DNA of 64,000 nt from Malacoraja senta (Eukaryota). Shown piece after piece: positions 52,177 through 64,000 of this stretch. Each line of letters starts with the position of its first letter. The stretch's first letter is position 1. The stretch lies in contig CM075995.1 of the NCBI GenBank assembly GCA_038087875.1, positions 1,118,001 to 1,182,000 on the forward strand, in the 5' to 3' direction. The translations under genes were made by a program, and so were the position numbers. Below the pieces are notes generated by a model. The model worked only from the letters and a program-made list of their open reading frames with translations. It searched no databases and was not told where the DNA came from.

Positions 52177-54357
52177 TCAGTCCAGTCATAGTCCTTATTC
52201 TTATTCTGTCCCATTCCTGTAGTTACTATACTATCCTATACACTGTCTGTTTATAAGAATTTCAGCAGGGAACCAGATCAACCTACTACGAAGGACCTCA
52301 GTGTTTCCGGGAGCTTCTTTGGGGGGGTCAGTCTCAAAGGGTCTGACTAGTGCACTTTTCTCTCCGCAGGTTCACCGGGGTCTCAGATTCCAGTGAACCT
52401 GCGGCCACTTACTCACTTACGTATCCTGCGATACTTCTGGTTCTCCCAAAATACCACTCTATTTAACAAAGAAACCTGGAGTTTTTTAAATAAAAAAGTC
52501 ACATACACAGAATATCAGGGGCATTATGTAATGTCCCAAAATGCAACAACCCAGTCCTAACATGTTGTTTTTCTATGCCAGCTCGTGGCTATCCCGTTGT
52601 CAGTTAGTTCCCCTTTCGGGCCTCTCTTATCTGATTGAACTATTCGATTAGAAAGCTTGTCTGAAAAAGCCATACAATCTGGTCATGCATTCCAGTAATC
52701 AATGCAATTGCAATTAAATTATTTTCAATTGTTCCAATCCATCGCTCCAATATTCACAATTTCAAATTCCTAGTATAAATATATACTAATAACAATTTCC
52801 CAAATTAACACTTTTTGTTATATTAGCTTATCGAATCTCATCTAACACATGGCCAGTGTGGCATCCGTCTCCTTTTGAACTCAATACAAAAGATAAGAAA
52901 TGGGAAGAAAAACTTAAAACATCAATAAGACAAAACAACCTACATTTTTAATTTCATCTCTCCTCTGTTGAAAGTTAAGAGAAAATGAAGAATGAACAGT
53001 TAATTTTCATAGATTGCTAACACATTTGCAAAGAACAAAGGAACAGAAAATAGCTGTGGGTGGCTCCGCCCCCATACAATTGCAGTTTCTTAAAGAGACA
53101 CACACTACCTCTTAAAACACATGAGACTCTACAAAGATGTATCATGCAAAAGAGCAAGCTCATTCAATGATATCCTATTTAATCTGAAGTGTAGGATTAA
53201 ATCAGGATCCATACAAAACCGGTTCCACAAACAAGTAAACAGTCTTCTCACTCTCACTTCAAAGAAAGCATGCAACTTTAATTCTTTGATACACCCAAAT
53301 ACGTTCATTGATTGTTCATAAATTCAACACATACTGAAGAACAGTCAAGATTGAAAACACACTTAGACATTCCTGTATCCCTCTCGACCCTCTCTCTCCC
53401 TCTTAAGACTGCTCATAGCTTCAAAGTGTAAGCTATATTCCACACATTCCACATTCCCATTCCTCCTTTCCAACATACACAAATTTTATCCGAGAGCAGT
53501 GCTGCCAGAGGCCCGTCAAAGCGTCACGGCGCAGCCCTCTCATTTTCATAGTTATTTTCCATATAAAGGCGTCCCTTTGTAATTTCTAAACCTTCCCTTA
53601 TCTGACAAGACCGTTCTGTTTACTAGAATCGTTGGTTCTGTGGGGACCAGTATAAAGAATTTGCAAGCTGCCTTGCAGGCAGTATTGTCAGCTACGGCAT
53701 TCCACTGGGAGACTGCTTTGTCAGGCCACTCATATAGGCATTGCACTTAATAATGGCCAGGTGCAGTGGGAGGACTGAGGCCTGCAGTGTGGCTATCATT
53801 GTCTTTAAGTCGTGAAAGCATTGTCTTTAAGTTGTGAAAGCCTTCTTGTTGGAATGAGAGAGTTAAAATGAGACGGATTACTCTGCTAGGAATGGGCGGG
53901 CGTAATTCACAGTGGGGTGGTCCAATTCCCTGTCAGTCAGGATCCTGGGCGCTGTGATTGGACATTGATCCAGATTGTGATTAGTCAGACTCCCTGTCAT
54001 TCAGGGTCTTGCCACACCCCACACCCATCAATCTCCACAAAAAAAGACACAAAGTCTCTGTACCAAAAGTTATTCAAAGTTCGAAAGCTGTTGGCTGGGA
54101 TTTACAGGTCTTGAGCAGCCTGATTCTCATGTTCTTTTTCTTCTTTCTTCTGGCATGTCTGATGTTTCTCTCTCTAGTGCTCTGCGTTGATTAACTCACT
54201 GCTGCTCCTCCTTCCTCTTCTGCCTCAGCCCATTCCCTTCTTTCTCATCTGTCTTTTCAGTCTCCAAGTCGCTATCAGTATCATTTTTGTCTGGGGGTGC
54301 CCTTCCCTGTGGGGGCACTGGAGCCTCCCCCCCCCCCCCCGGATCTTATATGGGGGA

Positions 54358-54643
54358 TGATTTTTGTGTGTTGTGTCAATGTTAGTCTGTGTTCAAGATG
54401 GCGGTCGGAGGGGAGAGTGGACGCTGGCGCGGTTTAGCTGCCGCTGCTCTCTCCTCAAATTGTGTTTCTGATTTTCTTTTTTTGTGTCTTTGGAAAGAAT
54501 TCTGTCCTTAATTTGTGTATTGGTCTTTATAATTTATTTTATTCCGATTATATGTTTCCCATTTGTCAATCTCTGTAAGGTGTCCTTGAGACCTCGGTAT
54601 AAGGCGCCCGTAAATAAAAGCTATTATTATTATTATTATTATT
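54358..54643 (+). mobile_element. Short non-autonomous retroposon (YY1-like caagatggcg head, (TAT)n tail)
   Basis: caagatggcggtcgg at ~54394; ends aataaaagc(tat)n. Confidence 0.55.
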
Positions 54644-54644
54644 A

Positions 54645-57262
54645 TAGAAAAAACCTTTTCATATACATCAATCATACATTATTAAAATTGTCAATTGTCG
54701 ATTAATTCTGCTTCTAGTGGTTTTTTTATATAGATAGAAAAAGAGAGATCGAAAGAAAAAAGAATTACAAATATCAAAAAAAAAGAGGTGGAACGAATTA
54801 CTTATAATACGTCATTGGAGATAAGTTCGTAGGTTATGAAATATAATTTTACATCTAATCCTGAGTTCAAGCTTCAGTTGGGTTTTCGTGCTGGGCCAAT
54901 CTATCCCTTCAAATAGTTAATGAATGGAGCCCATATTTTAACAAAAAGTTATTTTTTGTCCATTAAGACAAGTCTAATTCTTTCTAGATGTAGGGTCTCC
55001 GACATTTCCACAATCCACATTTTAATTGTAGTGGTTATAGGGCCTTTCCAAAATTGTAATATTAATTTTTTCCCAGTTATTATACTGTAGTCGAGGAAGT
55101 TTCTTTGGCTTGTTGTGAGTGTTAAACTTTGTTCTGATATCCCAAGTATTATTAATTTTGAGTCTGGATCCAATTTAGTATTAACAACTTCAGAAATTAT
55201 TTCAAAAATATCAGTCCAGAAATTTTTAATTTTTATACAATTTGCAAAAGTATGTGTTAAATTGGCCTCTAGATGCAGGCATTTATCACAGATAGGAGAA
55301 ATATGTGGGAAGATTCTATTTAGTTTTATTTTGGAGTAATGTAATCTGTGTAAGACTTTAAATTGTATTAAAGCATGTCTGGCATTTAACGAGCATTAAA
55401 GTAAATGTTGTAAACTTTCGTCCCAAATGTCTTTCGTTATAGGATGACCTAACTCATTTTCCCATGTGTGCCTATATAGTTCCATCGGTGGTATCTTGTT
55501 GTTTAAGAGGGTGTTATAAATATAAGCTATTAATTTTTCAGTGTTAGGATGCTTATTCAAACATTCATCAAGAATTTCTGGTTCCCTAGTCCTATAAACT
55601 TGTGTATTAGATTTAACATAATCTCTAATTTGTAGATATCTGAAAAAATTATTTGAGTGTAGTCCATGATTCTGTTGTAACTCTTGAAATGACAGAAAGA
55701 TGCCTTTCCTATAAAGATGTCCAATCTTTTTAATTCCATAATTTTTCCATTGTATGAAACCTTTATCCAGTATGGATGGCTTGAATAAAGGATTATTTAC
55801 AATGGGAAGACATAGTGGTATATTATTCAGTTTTAAAGCTTTTTTTAAATTGTTTCCAAATTCGTATTCCACTATGTATTATAGGGTTTTCCTTATAGGT
55901 TTTTTTATGCAGTTTTGTGGGAGCAAATATAATCGAACCAATTTCAAAAGGTAAACAGTCTTCCTTTTCCATCCTTAACCAATCTGGATCCATTCTTCCA
56001 GCCAGAAATTCATGTTTTTAATATGGACTGCCCAAAAATAAAATAAGAAATTTGGCAAGGCCAAACCTCCATTGCTCTTTGACTTACATAAATGTTTTTT
56101 ACTTATTCTATGATTCTTATAATCCCAAATAAAGATTGTAACAATGGAATCGACTTTTTTGAAAAAGTTTTTTGGGATATATATCGGAATTAATTGAAAT
56201 AGGTACAGTAGTTGCGGTAAGATGATCATTTTTATAGCATTAATTCTACCAAGCATTGAAATGGGAAGTGTTTTCCAGTACTGAATATTCTTGTGTAATT
56301 TATTAAGGATGGAAAATTTAGTTTAAATAAAGAGGTATATGTCTTAGTTACGTAGATTCCTAAATATTTAAGTTTATCTTTAACTATTTTAAAAGGGGAT
56401 TGTTGTAATGTATTTAAATTGAATTTTGTTATTGGCATTTCACTTTTATTCCAGTTAATTCTATATCCTGAGAACTGACCAAATTGAGTTATTAGATTTA
56501 ATAGATTTGGAATACTAGTTTCTAACTTTGTAATATATATTAGTACATCATCTGCATATAAGGAAATGTTATTCCTTGTATCTCTTGTGTTGTACCCGTG
56601 TATTCCTGGATGGGTTCTAATGCTTTCTGCTAATGGTTCAATTGCAAGAGCAAATAATAGTGGGGATAGTGTGCATCCTTGTCTACAACCTCTGGAAAGA
56701 TTAAATTTAGCTGATAACATTTGGTTTGTTAAAATTCTAGCTGTTGGATTAGAGTATAACAATTTAACCCATGTACAGTACTTCTCTCCCAGTTGATATT
56801 TTTCCATTACCGAAAATAAATATGACCATTCTACCTGGTCAAATGCTTTTTCAGCATCTAATGAAATAATTGCTAGATCTGCATTAGGAATTCTATTTGT
56901 ATATATAATATTGAATAGTCTTCTCAAATTATAAAATGAGTAACATTTTGGAATAAAACCTGTTTGGTCGGGGTGTATTAATTTGTTAATCACTAAGCTC
57001 AATCTATGAGATAGGATTTTGGTTAATATTTTCTGATCAGTATTTAAGAGAGCTATTGCTCTATATGAACCTGGGTCTTCAGGATCCTTATCCGTTTTTG
57101 GTATAAGTATGATTGTAGATTCATTTAGAGTTTCTGGGAGTTTCTGTTGAGTGTAAACGTATTTGTATAGTGTCTGTAGGCGTGGAGAAATCAGACCGTA
57201 ATTTTTTATATAAAATTCAGAGCTTAGACCATCAGGACCTGCGGCCTTTCCGTTTTTTTAAG
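54645..57262 (-). mobile_element. 5'-truncated L1 LINE (RT to C-terminus) inserted in the ERV leader
   Basis: GKAAGPDG, DQTGF, SLDAEKAFD, GCRQGCTLSPLLF, LYADD, KYLGI, GGLALP and C-terminal CDKC region. Confidence 0.9.
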
Positions 57263-57569
57263 ATCTGTAGGGGCGCTGGAGCCTCCCTCCCCCCCCCCCC
57301 GGATCTTATATGGGGGAGGTGGTCTACACTATTCCCAACTTTGTTCCTCATTCCCCACCAAATTTGTTCCTTTATGCCCCCTCTTCTATAAACAAGGTCG
57401 CCATGCCAGACAGGGGGTCTCCAGAGAAATTACCAGTACTGGGTTTGTTCTTAACTACTAATTGCTTGTTTTCTGAACTCTTCTTATCAGCGCTTTCTTT
57501 CTCTGCCTTGGCCCTTAACAATTTGCAATTTTATGTTACCTAATTAGTCCCTATTCTCCCTGACTTTAC

Positions 57570-57790
57570 CTGTTCTGCCCATACAGACCCTTACTCTTCT
57601 TAAGGGCGGTATCCACAGAATGCCTTGTCCGTTCAGACCTCTTTCTCTTCTCAGGGCGGTATCCACAAGATCTAATTATTATCCTGCCCATACAGACACC
57701 TTATCTCTTCTAAGGACGGTATCCACAGAATACCTTGTCCTTTCAGACCCCTTTCTCGTCTCAGGGCGGTATCCACAAGGTCCCATTCTT
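57570..57790. repeat. Tandem repeats in the ERV 5' leader
   Basis: Four copies of g(g/a)cggtatccaca spaced ~50-60 bp apart in a dimeric ~110-bp period. Confidence 0.75.
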
Positions 57791-58093
57791 ATCACACAGA
57801 ATCTACTTTCTCACTTTAATTATTTTCTACTTACCCTACTGCTACGTCTTCTCGAGTAATTCTCCGGGTCTCCTCTTAAAATAATTTAGTTACAGATTCT
57901 GTGGATCGGAGAAACCTAGATGCTTCTGTGTCCCCACTGGCTTCCCGTTTACAACAGGTTATTAATCCAAATGAAGCAGAAAACCACCTATCTTTTTGAG
58001 GGTGGCCACCCTTGTCCTGTTGCTCCTGGGAGCCACTGAGGGGCTGGGAAGCGCCCTTGGCTGGTCATTCTTTACCGAACGAGCCTCTTTTCG

Positions 58094-58111
58094 ATCCTGC
58101 CGACTACGCCA
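58094..58111 (-). promoter_or_regulatory. ERV primer-binding site for tRNA-Ser
   Basis: Minus strand tggcgtagtcggcaggat, complementary to the vertebrate tRNA-Ser 3' end AUCCUGCCGACUACGCCA, 4 nt from the LTR. Confidence 0.88.
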
Positions 58112-58115
58112 GTTT

Positions 58116-58695
58116 TGTTGTGGTTACCAATACTCAAAATTAAGTCAGGCGACGCGGAGAATTCTTCAAGAAGTTCAAACCTTTATTTGCAAATCAAGGC
58201 TAGGACAATCAAAGAGTCAATTCAGATCCCTCCTTCCCAGTTATTTTCCATTCCGTAATCCCTATTTAAACCACATGACTTCCCCTTTCTTGGGCCCCCT
58301 TATTTCTCTTAGCTATGGCTTGATACAGAGTTACAAAGGTCATATATCTGTCACAAATGGTTTACGCTAAGTGCTGCGAGAGAAGAACCCAAAGTTTACT
58401 CTTCTATCTTGGGCCTCCCTTATCTCTCTCTCTTAGTCATCCCAGCTAGGGTTGTTAACAGAGTTACAAAGGTCATATAACTGTCACAACTGATTTACGC
58501 TAATTGCTGAGCTAGCTACGAGGGAAGAACCCAAAGTTTACACAAACTTACAAAAAACAATAAAACCAGAATACAAGGGACAAAGGCCTTCACATCGAGC
58601 ACAAACATGCAGAGTTTGCAAAGTTTTCTGCCTCATTTGAATTACAAGCATATATTACAAGGATATAAAATACAAAGATACTATACCTCCTATAT
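58116..58695 (-). repeat. ERV 5' LTR (with ~130-bp internal deletion)
   Basis: Direct repeat of 43909-44635 lacking the ~44017-44150 segment. Confidence 0.9.
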
Positions 58696-61600
58696 GTTTA
58701 AGAAGATATTGCTATATGTCAGCGGCCCCAGCTTTGGGAGACCGGGAGCAGCGAATCATCCATCACACCCCAGCTACAAGAGACAGAGATTCAGTGCACC
58801 GAAAGAGGGAGGAATAAGGATGGTCTCCCCGACAACACCTGCTGAAGGAAACCCCCTCCCTGAAGAAGCCAAAACAGTGCTGTAATTCACCAATGCAGTG
58901 GGCATGAGTAGACAGGACGAACGACAGTGACTCTAAACGACAAGGCAGATGTGACTTTTCTGCAGGAGTGCGGGCTGCCATACCTCCGCTGCTATCGGAG
59001 ATGGTTGCGATGGTGGCCCCACGGACAGTCGATATGGTCAGGGGGCAATGACTGTCGGCTTCCAATCTGGGAATCTTGCTGTGAGGAGGGAACTTCGCCA
59101 TCGCTGAGGTCAGGGAGGTGGTTGGGGGGGCGTCTCCTCTTCATTGAATGTAATGTACTGTGGCTCTGTCTGACTAATGTGTACGCCTCACCCATGCGGA
59201 GCGAGCAGCTGGCCATTCTCCAGCAGCTCACACCACTGCTGGCCATGTCCCGGCTGGTTGTTCTGGCCGGTGACTTCAACTGCATCATCGATGCGGCTGG
59301 ACGATCCGGCAGTGCCGACGCAGACTGGACAGCACTTCCAAGATCCTGACGGAGATGGTGAAAGATGCAAAGCTGTGCTACGTCTGCAGCAACACTGCAG
59401 GCGGATCTCAGCCGCAGTTCACCTGGTGGTTCAGCCCAGTCCCGGATAGACTTCCTCTTCACGTCGACGGCTGTCACGGTCAGACACACTGACATCACGC
59501 TGGTGTTCTTCTCTGACCACTGCCTCCTTCAGGCTTCCTGTCCCCTACAGGAGGACCGGAAGGCAGGCAGAGGGACGTGGAAGTTAAATGTGATCCTGTT
59601 GACCCCAGTGAACATTGAGGAGCCAATGAGGGACTACGCAGTTTGGAGAACCGTGAAACACCTCTGACTCCCCGACAAACTGGTGGGTAGCAACCAAGGA
59701 GAACATCATTAGGTTCTTCATCACCAAAGAGGTTCAGAGAGCAAGACAGAAGGAATTGTGCCAACTCCAGGCAGATCTGCAGCAGTTGAGGGGCGTCGAT
59801 GTGAGAGGAACTTAGAGAGTTGAAGGGCCAGCAAGCTCGGCTCTTTACATTAAAATCCTCCAAAATGTTGGGTGAGTCCTGAACAAGGGGCCACAGTCTT
59901 AGAATAAAGGGGAGGTAATTTAAGATTGAGGTGAGAAAAAACTTTTTCACCCAGAGAGTTGTGAATGTATGGAATTCCCTGACACAGAGAGCAGTGGAGG
60001 CCAAGTCACTGGATGGATTTAAGAGAGAGTTAGATAGAGCTCTAGGGGCAAGTGGAGTCGAGGGATATAGGGAGAAGGCAGGCACGGGTTATTGATAGGG
60101 GACGATCAGCCATGATCACAATGAATGGTGGTGCTGGCTCGAAGGGCCGAATGGCCTCCTCCTGCACCTATTTTCTATGTCTATGTTTCTAAAATCATCT
60201 TTCGATCCAGGGTCTTCCACGTGGAGCAGGACGAGACATGTTCACGCTTCTTCTTCCATAAGGTTCACAGGGCGAGCTCTGTGATCAATAGCCTTAGGGA
60301 GCAGGACGGCTCGGTAACATCCTTGCAGATGGACCCACTGAGGATCTGCAGATCCTTTTATACAGACTTTGTATGACAGAAAGGCCACAGACAGCACCGC
60401 CTCCAAGAACCTCCTGTCCTCTATCTCGGAGGTCTTGGACGACAGCAAGCGGGAGAGTCTGGACCAACCACTGACCCTAGAGAAGCTGACTGGCTCCATC
60501 CATTATTTTGACTCGAATAAAACTCCCGGAAGCGATGGCTTACCAGCTGAGTTGTATTCGGCTCTGTGGGTCTAGGGTGGGCCCGGACCTGTTGGAGGTG
60601 TACAATGACATGCTTCTAGCTGGCAGCATGTCAGAATATGAGGAAGGGCAGCATCACCCTAATCTACAAGCAGACGGGCAAGATGAATAATATTCAAAAT
60701 TGGAGACCCATCTCATTGTTAAATGTTGATTATAATATCCTGTCTCAGGCCATCACCAACCGGATCAAGTCTGCTCTAGGACAGGTGATCCACCCGAACC
60801 AATCCTGTGCTGTGCATGGCAGGAAAATCTCAGACAGCCTGGCGCCGCTGAGGGATACCATTGCCTACATGCAGGACAGGGGTGGATGCCTGTCTGGTCA
60901 GCTTAGACCAGGAGAAGGCCTTCGACAGGATATTACACATGTACATGAGGGACGAAAATGGGCTTCGAGGAGGGAATCAGAAATTGGATCCAACTGCTCA
61001 ACACTGATATCAGTGGTGCGGTTCAAATCAATGGGTGGGAATCGGATAGCTTGTCTGGAGTCAGGAAAGGTTGCCCACTCTCCCGTCTTGTTCGTCTGTT
61101 GAATAGAACCATTTGTCAAGTTCATCAGGAAGGATGAGAGCATAAGAGTGACATTGCCAGGCACTGGGGGCACTCAAGTCAAAACCTCCCTCTCCATGGA
61201 CAATGTTGCCATCTTTTGCTCGGATCCAGGGTGAGGAAAAACTGGAGTTGTGGAAGCAGCGCACCTTATCTACACTCGGGAAAAATTTGTTCATCAGGTG
61301 TGAGGTGCTCTTGGGGCTGCTATACTTGGCGCAAGTGTGACCTGCCCCTCCGTCCCTCCTATGCGACAGGGATCACCCGAGCTGTCTTCAGATTCATCCG
61401 AAGGTCAAACGTGGACTGTGTCCGATGGGCCACATGGTCAAGTTGGCAGACAACAGGGGTAAAAGACTAATGTCGCTCACACCCTGATGGCCATCTTTGT
61501 GTGTGGCTGCATCTGGTAGAGCGTAGAGCCAAAGCACATGGGCACTAAGTGTTACTATCTACCTGTCCCCCGTGTTCTGAAGGATGGGCCTGGCGCAGAT

Positions 61601-62460
61601 GCCACGCAATGTGCCAGTCAGCTGGACATTGCCGCACTATCTGTCGTTCGTGAAAAGGTTCTACCGTAGCAACACTTTTGATCACAAGGCCATCGGGCAG
61701 TGGTCAGCACAGAGCATACTGCAGGGAAATGACTATGAATCTTGGGGTGTGGTTTCAAGAGCAGACTGCCCAGCTTGTCCTGCAAAATGTCTCATCGCCA
61801 GAACTCACCAACAAGCACCAAGACCTGGCTTGGCTAGTGGTGAGGGGAGCCCTCCCAGTCAGATCTTTCCTGCACCGTCGGAACCTCACTATCAGCGCAC
61901 CCTGCCCTCGAGACAGCTGCTATGTTGAGGAGACAGTTGCCCACCTCTTCGCAGAGTGTGGTTTTGCAAAGAAAGTCTGGAGAAGTTTTCAAGGGTCCCT
62001 GTCATGGTTTATTCATAACAGACGACTCTGTAGTTTATGGACTGTTCCAAGGGACGCATTCAGAGATGGACATCGTACTGCTGGAAGGTCATCAACTCGG
62101 TGAAAGACACTCTTTGGTCTGCCCGAACTTTGTTGACCTTCCAGCAGAGCGAGATGTCCATCAGGGAATGTTGCCGACTGGCCCACTCCAGACTGCAGGA
62201 GTAAGTGACGCACTGAATGAAGCCTGGTTCAGCCGAGGCTCTGCGGTTGAGCAACAGCCTAGGGTCCTTCCGCTGCTGCACATTGGGGGGTGGGGGAGAT
62301 GGGGCAGGGGTGTGGTGGAGGCACCCCTCAAAATAAGGGATAGGATTTCACGCTGCGGAAACCAGTATTTTGAATTTATTTTGACACCTCTGGAGAGTTG
62401 TAATGTATTGAGTTATCAACTATATCCAAACGTATTTTGATTCTGTCTTCTCTAAAAGGT
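58696..62460 (+). mobile_element. Tx1-like LINE, 3' part: ORF2 endonuclease, RT and zinc finger, degenerate
   Basis: FLQEC, NVYA, LAGDFNC, SRID, FSDH, KTPGSDGLP, NWRPISLLNVDY and CPRDSC..EETVAHLFAEC; 3' boundary approximate. Confidence 0.85.
59866..60190 (+). mobile_element. CR1 3' end nested in Tx1 ORF2
   Basis: Matches 3488-3808; flanked by aaaat. Confidence 0.88.
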
Positions 62461-62571
62461 GTTTTTTTAATCGGACGGAAATACTGAAATGTTTTCTGCG
62501 TATAACAGGCCTGCACAACCTCTCGCAATGAACCAGCAGATCATTTCAGAAACATACTACACATAAATACA

Positions 62572-62690
62572 CGAGTCTAAAGAAGTGTCTCGACCCGAAA
62601 CGTCACCCATTCCTGCTCTCCAGAGATGCTGTCTGTCCCGCTGAGTTACCACAGCATTGTGTCAGCCAGCATCTGCAGTTCCTTCCTAAA
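62572..62690 (+). mobile_element. Penelope pLTR fragment with degenerate hammerhead
   Basis: gagtctaaagaagtgtctcgacccgaaacgtcacc...cagcatctgcagttcct; core CUGA mutated to CUAA. Confidence 0.7.
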
Positions 62691-62837
62691 CATTTCAGAA
62701 TGTTTCGTTATTGCCTGTTAACTCAACAGTCCTCTCCAATCTTCCCGAGTTTCATAAAACAATATATTTTTTAAAGTTTTACTGTGACCTGAGCTCGAGT
62801 TAGAAATTTCGCTCAGGTCTGCAGCAAAGATCTGTGA

Positions 62838-64000
62838 TCTTTGACTATCGACCTGTGGCACTAACGCCTGTGGTGATGAAGTGCTTTGAGAGGTTGATCA
62901 TGACGCAGATCAACTCCTACCTCGACAAAAACCTGGACCCACTGCAGTTCGCTTACCGCCACAACAGATCAACGGTGGATGCGATCTCGCTGGCCCTCCA
63001 CTCCGCTCTGGACCACTTGGACAACAAAAACTCATATGTCAGGCTGTTATTCATCGATTACAGCTCGGCATTTAACACAATCATCCCCTCCAAGCTGGTT
63101 ACCAAACTCGCAGAACTGGGTCTCTGCGCATCCCTCTGCAATTGGATCCTCGACTTCCTCACTCTCAGACCACAGTCTGTTCGTATTGGTGGAAATGTGT
63201 CAGACTCGATAACAATTAGCACGGGAGCACCTCAAGGCTGCGTGCTCAGTCCCCTGCTGTATTCACTCTATACTCATGACTGCGTAGCCGGACATAGTGC
63301 GAACTCCATCATCAAGTTCGCTGATGACACCACTGTTGTGGGACGTATCACTGATGGGGATGAGTCAGAGTATAGAAGAGAGATCGAGCAACTGTCCATA
63401 TGGAGCCAGCACAACAACCTGGCCCTCAACACCAGCAAAACCAAGGAACTGATTGTGGACTTTGGAAGGAGTAGGATGGGGACCCACAGTCCCGTTTATA
63501 TCAACGGGTCGATGGTTGAAAGGGTCAAGAGCTTCAAATTCCTGGGCGTGCACATCTCTGAAGATCTTTCCTGGTCCGAGAACAATGATGCCATTATTAA
63601 GAAAGCACATCAGCGCCTCTACTTCCCGAGAAGATTACGGAGAGTCGGTTTGTCAAGGAGGACTCTCTCTAACTTCTACAGGTGCACAGTAGAGAGCATG
63701 CTGACCGGTTGCATCGTGGCTTGGTTCGGCAACTTGAGCGCCCTGGAGAGGAAAAGACTACAAAAAGTAGTAAACACTGCCCAGTCCATCATCGGCTCTG
63801 ACCTCCCTTCCATCGAGGGGATCTACCAGTCGCTGCCTCAAAAAGGCTGGCAGCATCATCAAGGACCCACACCATCCTGGCCACACACTCATCTCCCTAC
63901 TACCTTCAGGTAGAAGGTACAGGAGCCTGAAGACTGCAACGACCAGGTTCAGGAACAGCTACTTCCCCACAGCCATCAGGCTATTAAACCTGGCTCGGAC
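62838..64000 (+). mobile_element. 5'-truncated Rex1/Babar-type LINE, RT domain largely open
   Basis: ORF 62834-63913: [47 protein letters not shown] and FKFLG; runs off the window end. Confidence 0.88.

Larger units (their letters stand above)
43909..58695 (-). mobile_element. Endogenous retrovirus (epsilon-like, gamma-type Env), defective, with nested insertions
   Basis: Two homologous LTRs, tRNA-Ser PBS, PPT, and gag, RNase H, integrase and env remnants in minus-strand order. Confidence 0.92.

Noticed and set aside
52200..54300. Captured accessory enzyme (2H phosphodiesterase, macro domain, cyclin) in the ERV leader
   Set aside because: No paired HxT/S or other diagnostic motifs recognised by eye; only the RNase H-like remnant is supportable.
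43900..58700. Exact ERV target-site duplication and TG..CA ends
   Set aside because: Left flank aggt versus right atgt/gttt, and the U3 end reads ta/tg rather than ca; no unambiguous TSD can be called.

Overview
Vertebrate genomic DNA, most likely a cartilaginous fish (skate/ray). This is inferred from HE1/HER1-type SINE/CR1 repeats and was not verified by a search. The only host gene is the 3' half of a Gq-alpha gene on the + strand, best read as GNAQ: exons 4680-4809, 6813-6966 and 21725-21915 have canonical AG/GT ends, followed by a ~3.4-kb, essentially repeat-free 3' UTR. The rest is a dense, nested mobile-element landscape. It includes a Tc1 IR/DR transposon, many CR1 LINEs, Penelope-like elements with minimal hammerhead-ribozyme motifs, three non-autonomous Helitrons, two DNA transposon families with atypical 5-bp and 7-bp TSDs, and a Rex1/Babar LINE. 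A Tx1-like LINE is split by a ~14.8-kb epsilon-like endogenous retrovirus on the minus strand, with a tRNA-Ser PBS and gamma-type Env. The most unusual items are a second PPxY + RNase H-like module upstream of the ERV gag and an intact hammerhead core in sense orientation inside the last GNAQ intron. No CRISPR, rRNA or true tRNA gene is present, and no clearly new host system was found.
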